A stretch of DNA of 20,000 nt from Spongospora subterranea f. sp. subterranea. Its lineage: Eukaryota. The stretch covers positions 56,925 to 76,924 of the forward strand of contig JAUGWO010000026.1 of assembly GCA_049724395.1 (NCBI GenBank), in the 5' to 3' direction. Shown one piece after another: positions 1 to 9,225 of this stretch; the stretch's first letter is position 1; every line of letters starts with the position of its first letter. Made by a program: the position numbers and the translations under genes. The notes under the pieces were generated by a model that made no database searches, had not been told where the DNA came from, and saw only the letters and a program-made list of their open reading frames with translations.

Positions 1-2930
1 AAATGAAAACCAGCGCATCGCAAATGAAAGCACGAGACTAACAATGGATTTGATTGCTGCAAAAAACGACCTAGCTATAAGAGAAGAAGAATGGTCTCTT
101 CAGCAGAACAGAGTCGTTTCTGAGAAGGTTGACGTAGAACAACGTTGTGAAGAGCTGCAGAAGAATTTGGATCGTGTTCAGGATAATGTGAAGCTCCTAG
201 TTGATAAACTTGCTGCACTAAGTTCGAAAGAAGAAGCCTGTACGGCGCAGTTGAATACCCTTCAATCAGACAATTTGGATCTTCAAAAACAAGTTTCACA
301 GCTCAACGAGCAAGTTTGTCTGTCAAAAGTGCCAACACCAAAAAAAGTTTCCGCAGCAGGAAGAATTACTCAGGTACGCAACGTCTTTTACTCTGAGATG
401 CCTCTCATAGATGTGTAGTTATTTTCTCCTGCAAAATCGCTGGATTCGAGCCAATTCTCTCGGATGAAATCTTTGATGTCGTCAAATGACGAAGAGAAGG
501 GCAAACTCATGGAACAAATGCATGAGATGCAGGTCAGTCATTGCCAAGAACTACAAAACCTCAAAGATAGTCTTCAAAAAGAGCATGACCTCGTTGTCAG
601 ATTAACCAAATACAAATCCCATCTCAGCGAACTTAACGCGCTGATTCAAGAGCGTATCGAACAAGAGAGCGAGTTACGCAGACGTCTGGTACACGCAGAA
701 GATGTCATCGCGGGTCTTTGCCATGCAACCGACAATATGCAGCTCTTCGTAGCTCAGCGAACGGAGTTTTCAAACGAAAACTGGGACAAAAAACATTCAT
801 TTATTGCTAACATGTCAACATTGATGTGTGATACGAACTCCAAGTTAATTGATATGGAACATTCCGTATTCGAACTTGACGTCGCTCTTGAAGAGGCACA
901 AAGAGACGTCAGCCAATATCACCAATGCGCTCAAGATATGGAGGATGAAATGTTAGAGCTGCAAGTCCAGCGCGATCAAGCTTTTGAAGAACTTAAGAAG
1001 TAGGGTTTCTCTGGGCTTCGCTTTACAATTATTTTATTAGTTGAAATAGATGTGCATCGTCAACCGATTTAGAGTTATCAAGAGCAGAGGCTGAACTTAT
1101 TGCTACTGAAAGTCTTACTGAGCTCGCTGTTGCTAGTGACAATCTCGAGCAAGCCCGGTCAAAAATAATATCTCTTGGTGACGCGTTAAATGCATGTCTC
1201 ACGGTTTCTTCCGTTTTATTTATATCTGAGACGAGTTTTCATGTAGGCTGCATATTCTGAGATCAACGATATCAGTCGAACGATGTCGACGTTAGAGAAC
1301 CGCGTTCTGGAAGTATCTGCTGAATCAAGTTCCTGGCAGGCACGATGTGATGTTATGCTTATTGGAACCTGTGGCGAGAGGAATGTCGTCAACGCGACCA
1401 ACATAGGATCGGTCGGTGTCTTGCTGCTAAATTTGTCGGAGGAGTTAATAGAGGTCAATCATAGTTCTCAAAGCAGATTCTATATTGACTATTGATCTGC
1501 AGGCTAACGATCGGTGCCATAATCAAATTGTCGAAAATCATGCATTGCGCAATGAAGCTACCCGACTCGGACAAAAACTGGATCAAAGTGCAATTGATCA
1601 GGAACAGCTTTCAAACAACTTTGCTCAGACGCAGGCGTTTGCAATTGTGTGTGTTATAGTAGCAGTGCCTTTTTTTGTCTTGATAACTTCTTCTCGGTAC
1701 AGGTCGCCACCAACGGTTTAGTCGGTGCGGAGACTCTAATCAGCGAATTGGTTGAAGCAAATAACTACATTCCAGCGCTTCGTGCAGAGCTATCAAATAC
1801 TTATATGCAGCTGAATGATATGGAAATTGAAATGGGTGAGCTCAGTTTTCAAAAGTACGACTTGATGCCGAAATCGGTTCTCATGTTGCATCATGACTAA
1901 TATAATCCTGTAGATATGCTTACAACAAGGAGAACTCCCCATTTGTCTGGGCAAACTCACCAAGGCACCGAATGCGTTACAGTCAAATGGTTAAAAATGC
2001 TTTACCGTGTTGAGGAACAATTGGTTATTAACGAGGAGAAGGTTACCCAGCATTTTGAGTTTTTCTTAGCGACGTCTCACATAATGAATGTATAGTTTTC
2101 ACGTGTAAAGGGTAGCATGGCTGCTCGAATTGCAGCTGAAGAGACTCGCTCTGCCGCACTTACTGCACAGTGTGATCGTTTTTCTAACGAAGTCGATACG
2201 GTTGCTTTCCCTCTCAAATAGTTCAGACGTCGGAGATGTGACATTCTTGCCATAGTTACGTGGGGAATTGTCGATTCTAAACGCAGAAAAAGAAAATACT
2301 GAACAGGCGTTGCAATTGGAAATGAGATGCTTACGAAACGAGAATGAGGTAAATGTCTTTCATTTTGCTGCAAAAATGTCGTCCATCATGAATCCATATA
2401 GTTGCGGGTCAATTCCTATTCGTCTGCCCTATCCGATTCACAAGATCAGATTTCACGAAACAGAGTTGAGATCGACGAACTCTCCACTACCATTAAAGCA
2501 GGATTAATTGTTCATTGATGAATTATATGCTGATTGAGCATTGCATAGGCGTTACAAGCACAGTGTAAATCAAACAGAGATGAGGTACCCGACAAATCGC
2601 TTGAAGTATGTATTCAATTGCTTTTGAAACTTTAACCATATTATTTATGTTCTTGACAGGATGATGAACCGACGATGCAAGAGAACTGTCCACTTGATGA
2701 CATCAGCAGCGATAAGATCAAGCTAAACGAACTGGTTACCAAAACTAGGAAAATGCAGAAACAAATCCGTATCCTGGAAGCGAAGGTAAGCGTCATCAAA
2801 ATTGTGCACAACTGGTACGATAATCTGTTCACAGAACCGCATGCTGGAGAAGAAACTGGTACCTGCTGTCCCTGTTGCTGACATTCCAACAATCAGATCT
2901 CCGCTGGCAGATATTCGAAAAGATATCTGA
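1..2930 (+). CDS. Multi-exon long coiled-coil protein, 5' end outside the window (exon structure partly resolved)
   Basis: Successive E/Q/L/K-rich heptad-like ORFs (44-418, 464-1003, 1283-1495, 1485-1721, 1649-1900, 2675-2881) join in frame across short GT-AG introns: 374-418, 1000-1049, 1204-1246, 1454-1502, 1647-1702, 2786-2834. The last exon, 2835-2930, reads NRMLEKKLVPAVPVADIPTIRSPLADIRKDI*. Junctions between ~1870 and 2660 were not resolved. Confidence 0.8.
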
Positions 2931-3013
2931 AAGTTCCATGCGCACAGGCAAGATCTTAATTGATTCCATTCAACTTATTATATAATTGTAATATACATCG
3001 GCGTGTGAATATA

Positions 3014-3643
3014 ATGAACTTCTTTTGTTTTTTGTTTTTCAACACATTGCTATTAAAGAGTTTATTCCTGCCCGCTAAAGGGATCGTTTGCGAGCAACAA
3101 GATGCGGTTCAGAATTTTCTTTGCCGCTACTCGCTCGCAAGCCTGTATAACGAGCAACATCAGGGCGATGTCAATGCTCGCGTAGAATATCGTCAGCGTC
3201 TTCTAGATCTAGTTCTGAATTCGCGTCCTCAATGTTTCCCGTATCAGTTCGGAAAAGAAATATTCACCACGAAATACTCTGCAAGTTTGTGGGATAGCTT
3301 ATGGTATAAAATCCCAAGCGGTTCACAGTCTCGTTATGTTTGTGGAACCATCACCAATACACTTCAGCGATCCCTAGCCCAATATGGCGGTATGAGTCAA
3401 GATGGAGTGTTGCTCATGGCAAGCCGGCTCGCCGACATCAACTGTGTTTGCAGTGTCGCATCCGATACTGTGTGCATGAATGATTTCGCCATGATACTTC
3501 GCCTACTCTGGGAGGATCCTGCTCCAATCGGAATGTTTGATATAGATGCAGCATGGGCTAATAACGATGTTGGAGCAAGCCGTCTAATATCAATGATTGA
3601 GAAAGACTATTCGTGGACAGGAATATGCCCAAGTGATGATTAA
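3014..3643 (+). CDS. Hypothetical secreted cysteine-rich protein, 209 aa, intronless
   Basis: The ORF track starts at a TTG (2960); the first ATG is at 3014. The hydrophobic N-terminus MNFFCFLFFNTLLLKSLFLPAKG resembles a signal peptide. There are 8 Cys in the predicted mature part, and an AATAAA near 3689. No family recognised. Confidence 0.65.
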   Translation: MNFFCFLFFNTLLLKSLFLPAKGIVCEQQDAVQNFLCRYSLASLYNEQHQGDVNARVEYRQRLLDLVLNSRPQCFPYQFGKEIFTTKYSASLWDSLWYKIPSGSQSRYVCGTITNTLQRSLAQYGGMSQDGVLLMASRLADINCVCSVASDTVCMNDFAMILRLLWEDPAPIGMFDIDAAWANNDVGASRLISMIEKDYSWTGICPSDD

Positions 3644-3898
3644 TCGTTAACATCTTTTGCCTCTCTCGTGCGAAGACAATTCGTTCAAAATAAACCTTGC
3701 TGTTATTGACTGTTTATGGCACGGGCTGATTGCAAGGAACCACCGAAATTCCTGACAATGCCGACCCTTGGATGGCGTCATCGAGACGTTCAACACGATA
3801 CAAATTCAAAACCACGAGATTAGAATTTCTATCACTTAGAACCACAGAACCGGATAAGCACTGGAACGACGTTTAATAGATATTGGATACCAATCGCT

Positions 3899-4415
3899 CT
3901 AAAAATCGTTGTCCTCAGTTTGCGAGAAGTTGCTCTCATTGTCCCAAGTTTGCAGAAGCTCGGTTGAGGCAACATCGTCCCCGTCAACAGATAATTCCGA
4001 TCCAGAATAGCCATCCTCGTCCGACGAATATGCAAACATAGGGCGAAATCCGCTAGGCTTCAAACCCAGCTTGTCATGAACGGCGTTTATTTCGTCCCCA
4101 TCGTTGTCTTCGTTCCAGAGGGTGCCTTTGCTGTGGCCGAATACCAGAAGAACTATTGATGCTCAAAGCATCGATGCTCGCAGCCAACTCCCCTGCACCT
4201 TTCTGCTTTTCTCCCTTTTTCGCCTTTGGCTTCATTGCGCTCCCTTCGGATTTGGCGACCTTGGTCACCGGCTTCTTGGCGACATTTTTTATTCCTTCGC
4301 TACTGAGCAGGATTGTGTCCACTAGCTCAGGCGACGTGACCAATATTTTCATTTTTGGAGTCGATGGGGCGAAAGCAGGTACAGTACTGTTTGCATTTAT
4401 CGGACCCGATGACAT
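3899..4415 (-). CDS. Hypothetical ~156-aa low-complexity protein (basic N-half, acidic C-half), probably 2 exons
   Basis: ATG at 4415 (MSSGPINANSTVPAFAPSTPKMK...KPKAKKGEKQK). A 46-nt GT..AG intron (4198-4153) joins it to an acidic frame (VLLVFGHSKGTLWNEDNDGDEINAVHDKLG...SSDEDGYSGSELSVDGDD...TEDNDF*) ending at TAG 3901-3899. A frameshifted pseudogene is the alternative reading. Confidence 0.45.
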
Positions 4416-4862
4416 TCTAAACGTGATAATGTGAATCTGCCATTCTCGATCCGGGTACACAGGTAATCATACCAATATCGGCCATGACTACTATCAAATC
4501 CTATATGCCATTGGGGTTCAGTACTCCCTGATTGTTCACGTGAGACTTATTTTTAGAGGGTATTCATGCATTTTACTGAGACAACGAGTTTTCGAGGGTA
4601 GCAACAAGCTGCTTTTGTTCACCTGTTTGAATTTGAGAGAAGCTCCCGGACACAATTAAATGGGAAAATTTACACCATCGGTGATGAAATCGCACAATTC
4701 GGTGAATGCTCTCGATGCTGGTGACATGTCAAAACTTAGCTGGTGCACTCTGGTCAAAGTCTCGCAACAACGGACCCCGATCAGAATCAATCATCAGATG
4801 TATATTAATCTGTCATTATTTTATCGTCGTCGTCACATCTAGCAAGAAGCGTGTTTGCAGTC

Positions 4863-5102
4863 TGTAGAGATTCTGGAGCGGGTAGAGATTCTTGGCCGTC
4901 GAGGCTCGTTTGGAGAGAATTAGCTTGTCTCGTTAAGGCTGGCATCGTTGAATGAGAATATTCTATTGAGCGTTATCGTGGTAATTAAGGAGTGAGTTTT
5001 ATTCGGTATTCGATGTGTTCAATCATATAGTCATGATTCACGCGTTATTGACCTCCTAGTCCATGACTCACCGCCGTAGAGAATGTTGACGCATCTCCAA
5101 CG
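4863..5102 (-). repeat. LTR-A (3' LTR of copy 1), 240 bp
   Basis: Direct repeat of 8986-9225. The minus strand reads CGTTGGAGAT...ATCTCTACA, with AATAAA at 5003-4998 and a TATA-like TATAT near 5025. Confidence 0.95.
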
Positions 5103-8100
5103 CTCCCACTCGGCAGCATATCTCGTAGGCGTGTGAATGCCGTCGAACCAAGTGCCTTTGTCAACATGTCTGCAACCATCCTCTCTGTTGGGCAATACAT
5201 CAGCTTAATATCCCCCGTTGCTATCCTTTCTCGCGTGAAGTGATGCCGGATGTCTATATGTTTGGCACGTCTTGATGTCATGACGTTATTCGCTAACGCA
5301 ATCGTTCCTTGATTGTCTTGGTAAATCGTGGTGGCCATGCTAGGTGTGCAGCCTACTTCAGTTAGAAAATTTCGTAACCAGAGTACCTCTTGAGTGGCCG
5401 CCGCTAGCGCCATGTACTCTGCCTCCATAGTCGATAGAGCCACCGTCTGTTGTCGTTTCGTCTTCCAGGCGATTGGTCCGCCGTATAGGCAAAGGAATCC
5501 GGTCGTTGATCGTCTGTCGTCGAGGTCGTTACCCCAGTCTGCATCCGCGTAGCAGGTCAATGTCGCTGGTGCAATGCCGCCTAAAGTTAGTCCATGCTCG
5601 ATTGTGCCTCTCAGATATCTGAATATTCGTTTTACCGCGATTACGTGTGCTGACGTGGGCCTTTGGCAGAATCGTGCCACATTGGATACTGCAGCCATGA
5701 TGTCGGGCCTTGTCGCCGTCGCCGCGTACATCAATGCTCCCACTGCTTGCCGGAATGGGTATGCAGTTTCGGCTTCGTCTTCGCTTGTGTTTTAGCGAAT
5801 TCCTTCCGATATCCATAGGTGTTGACACCGGTTTGCTGTCGTGCATCCCGAATTCTAGCAACATCTTCTCAAGATATCGTTTCTGGGATAATCTTATCTC
5901 TCGTCGTTCTCGTGTCCGATTGATTTCCATTCCCAAGATGTGAGAAATGTCCTGCAAATCTTTCATCTTGAATTGTGCTGAGAGTTCGCCCTTTATCGTG
6001 TTGATTGATTCAGTATTCTTCGATATTATGATTAAGTCATCGACGTATACGCCTATCGTCACGTTTTCGCCGTTTTGCTGCCTTTCGAAGATACATGGGT
6101 CGCTCTTGAGTTGTCGAAATCCAATCTTGGTAAGGAAAGAGGAAAATGTATTCCACCACGCTCGTCCGGATTGACGCAGTCCATAAATTGCCTTGTGTAG
6201 CCGACACACCAGTTGTTCATTTCCGGATTGTACGAATCCTTCTGGCTGTCGAATATATATCTCCTCGTCGATCTTTCCATTGAGATATGCCGTATCGACA
6301 TCCATCTGATGAATCTCATGGTCTCGATTTGCTGCAATACATAACAGTAAACGTAGGGTCGTACTTGACATAACGGGAGCGAATGTTTCGTAGAAGTCGA
6401 TTCCTGGCCGTTGTCTAAATCCTTGCGCCACCAACCGGGCCTTGTGCCGAATTGGGTTGCCGTGTACATCTTCTTTGATTTTGAATACCCACTTTGTGCC
6501 TATTGCCGTCCGCCCCTTCGGCAAGTTCGTGAGCGACCAAGTCCCATTGCTGATCAAGGATTGATATTCTTGCAGCATCGCTTTCTCCCACTCAATCGCG
6601 TCCGACCGTTGTAAAGCCTCTGTTCGTGTTACTGGTTCTCGATCTATCATGTTAACGAATTCTTCGTGAAATCGCGCAGGTTGAGCTCGAACACGATCTG
6701 GTCGTCTATGTAGGTTCCCATTGTCGTCGCCGTTTTGTAACATTTCGTTTTCGATTATATGCACGTGATCGTCGTCGTTTTCGGTATCTGGTTTCCTTTG
6801 GGTGTGGTCCTGATCGTTTGTGGATTCCTCGAAGTCGTCGCATTCTTGAGCGTTGCCTCCGCTTCTACCGTATCCCAGGATGTTTTCGTTGAACTTTACG
6901 TCTTTGCTGACGAACAATCTTCGCGTTTGTAGGTCCACGAGTCTGTATGCCTTGCGTCCACTCTCATATCCCACCAAGATGGCCTCTCTGCTTCGCGGCG
7001 TCATCTTCTTTGTCAATTCCGCCGGTATCATCGCATACGCTCGACATCCCCAGACTCTCGCGTGGCTGAAGTTCGGCTTTGTGCCCGTCAGGACTTCTGC
7101 TGGAGTCTTCTCGTGGTTGAGCGCCGCCGTTGTGCATCTGTTGCGTATATATGCAGCCGTCTTTGAAGCTTCCTCCCAGTATGTCGTGGGCAGATCCGCG
7201 TGCGTCATCATGGTTCGCGCCATATCCTGGATCGTTCGGTTATACCGTTCTGCAATCCCGTTTTGATGCTGGCGATACGGCGTAGAATACTCGTGGTGAA
7301 TGCCTTGGTTGATCAAATATGTTTTGAATATTTCACTGCAGTATTCCTTGGCATTGTCGGTCCTTAGTGCTCGAATCTTTCCTGGACCGATTGCCTTAAA
7401 TTCGATCATTGCTTTGAACTCCTTAAACTTGGCCAACGCCTCGTCCCTAGTTCGCATTGGCATTATCGTTGCCCACCTCGATCCTTCGTCGATGAATGAA
7501 ATAAAATATCGGTTGCCGGTTGCCGATACGGGGAATGGACCGCAAATATCGGAATGGACTCGATCCAGGATCTCCATGACGGGTGTGTTTCCTGACTTTG
7601 GTGCTGGCCTCACAGTGTTCTTCTGCAATTGGCATGCTCGACACGGTTCGTAGGTCACTTCGTCTTGTCCAATGCCATGTACTGAATTCTCGTTCTGCAT
7701 TCGTTTTAGGTCCCGAAGGTTCAAGTGTCCCAATCGATTGTGCCAGTTAACATTGCTTTCTGCATTAAATGCGTGGTGCTTCTGGACAATTTCAATTAAA
7801 TAATGTCGCCCGTTCCTCGTTCCCGTCAGTATTTCTCGTCCAGCGGCGGTGATGATACATCGGTACCTAGTTAGTTTCACACTGTCAGCGAACGATTCAC
7901 ATGCTCTTCCTACTGAGAACAATCCGTGTCTCAATCCGGGAACATATAGGACATTGTCAATGTCAACGCCCTTGCCGTTGGATCCGCGTAAGGTTACGGA
8001 TCCAGCCGTCGTGGCCGTGATTGTTCGTCCATCAGCGAGAACGACGCTGGTCGGGTCGATTCGTGCCATGTTATTCATCGTCCGACGATCCCCAGTCATA

Positions 8101-9068
8101 TGTGATGTCGCGCCGGAGTCGCAAATCATGAATCCTTGTTCGTCGTTGGCTTGTGCCGTGCCCGCTGAGAAGCCATACTCCTCCGTCATGTTGGCCTCGT
8201 GTTTTCCGTTGTTCTGCCATTTTGGTCTCTGTTCGTTGTATCTGGAGTTCTTCGCTTCGTTCCTCCTGTTTCCCTTCTGCGGTCTGCGACAGTCGCGGGA
8301 TAAGTGACCAAATACGTTGCAGTTAAAGCATTTCCTTGTTTCCTTCAATCGTGACCCCGTTGAGAATCCGTCCTCTTGTCGGTCTGGTGTAGCTCTCGAC
8401 AGTTCCTTTTCTCGTAACAGTAATGACGCACATATCTCGTCGTATCTTGGCGGTAATATTCGTCCAGCCGTAAGTGCAGCTATCGTGTGCTCGTATCGTT
8501 TATCCTTTACGCTGATCAGTATTGCTGATGCCAGTTCAGAGTCGTCTACGTCTCGTCCGGCTAGCCTTAATCGTAAGGCTAGTTCCTTCATGTCCGTCAG
8601 ATGCTTCTTCATTCCCTCCTTCGGGTTGAACATCTTGTTTGTGAAGTCTTGCTTCATGTACTGCACGTGTGAGAAAGTCCTGGCCCTATGTGAATGCTCC
8701 AGCGCATGCCAAGCTTCGGCCGGGGTCCTACATTCAATCACCGTCATCACTTGGTTTGCTTCTACGTTGTTGACTATTTCGGCAAAGCAAGTGTCGTTTT
8801 CGTGTTCGTCGTGTGATGAGCTCAACTCTACTATGTGCCACAGCCGTGTGGATTTCAGGTGAACCTTCATTTGGAACGCCCACATCATGTAATTCTCGTC
8901 GTTGAGCTTGACTCCTCGGTATGATTTCACAATAGAATTGCTCGCTTGGTTCGTCGCCGGTATCGTAGGGGCTGGGCCCATAACCTGTAGAGATTCTGGA
9001 GCGGGTAGAGATTCTTGGCCGTCGAGGCTCGTTTGGAGAGAATTAGCTTGTCTCGTTAAGGCTGGCAT
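5045..9068 (-). CDS. Copia Gag-Pol polyprotein (~1340 aa once a +1 frameshift at ~5790-5793 is corrected)
   Basis: Gag KLNDENYMMWAFQMK; CCHC knuckle CFNCNVFGHLSRDC; protease CDSGATSHM; integrase WHNRLGH..CRAC, VHSDICGP, RTDNAKEY, NGIAER; RT KARLVAQG, QMDVDTAYLNG, YVDDLII; RNase H YADADWG, MEAEY, YQDNQG, KHIDIRHHF, ADMLTKAL. ORFs 5529-9068 and 5045-5743 are split by one extra T (gtgttttagcg versus gtgtttagcg in copy 2). The true start may be the ATG at 8981. Confidence 0.95.
5103..5111 (-). promoter_or_regulatory. Polypurine tract of copy 1 (GAGTGGGAG)
   Basis: Short purine-rich run directly abutting the 3' LTR; repeated at 9226-9234 in copy 2. Confidence 0.75.
8971..8985 (-). promoter_or_regulatory. 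Primer-binding site complementary to the anticodon arm (5' half) of initiator tRNA-Met, copy 1
   Basis: GGTTATGGGCCCAGC immediately follows the LTR end (...TACA). It is complementary to tRNAiMet GCTGGGCCCATAACC, the PBS type used by Drosophila copia. Confidence 0.9.
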
Positions 9069-9225
9069 CGTTGAATGAGAATATTCTATTGAGCGTTATC
9101 GTGGTAATTAAGGAGTGAGTTTTATTCGGTATTCGATGTGTTCAATCATATAGTCATGATTCACGCGTTATTGACCTCCTAGTCCATGACTCACCGCCGT
9201 AGAGAATGTTGACGCATCTCCAACG
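8986..9225 (-). repeat. LTR-B, shared (5' LTR of copy 1 and 3' LTR of copy 2), 240 bp
   Basis: Matches LTR-A. It is flanked by a PBS on one side (8971-8985) and by a PPT and RNase H end on the other (9226 onward). Confidence 0.95.

Larger units (their letters stand above)
4863..9225 (-). mobile_element. Ty1/Copia LTR retrotransposon, copy 1 (young, full length, 4363 bp)
   Basis: Two 240-bp LTRs, identical by eye and 4123 bp apart, with PBS and PPT. Domain order Gag-PR-INT-RT-RNaseH is diagnostic of Ty1/Copia. Confidence 0.97.

Noticed and set aside
1635..1702. Non-canonical GC-AG intron (CAG|GCGTTT)
   Set aside because: A same-phase GT donor at 1647 gives a normal 56-nt GT-AG intron.
2960..3013. 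N-terminal extension of ORF 2960-3643
   Set aside because: It starts at TTG in AT-rich intergenic sequence; the ATG at 3014 directly precedes the signal-peptide-like segment.
5780..5800. Programmed ribosomal frameshift in pol
   Set aside because: Copy 2 reads through this site in one frame; it is a one-base homopolymer indel.
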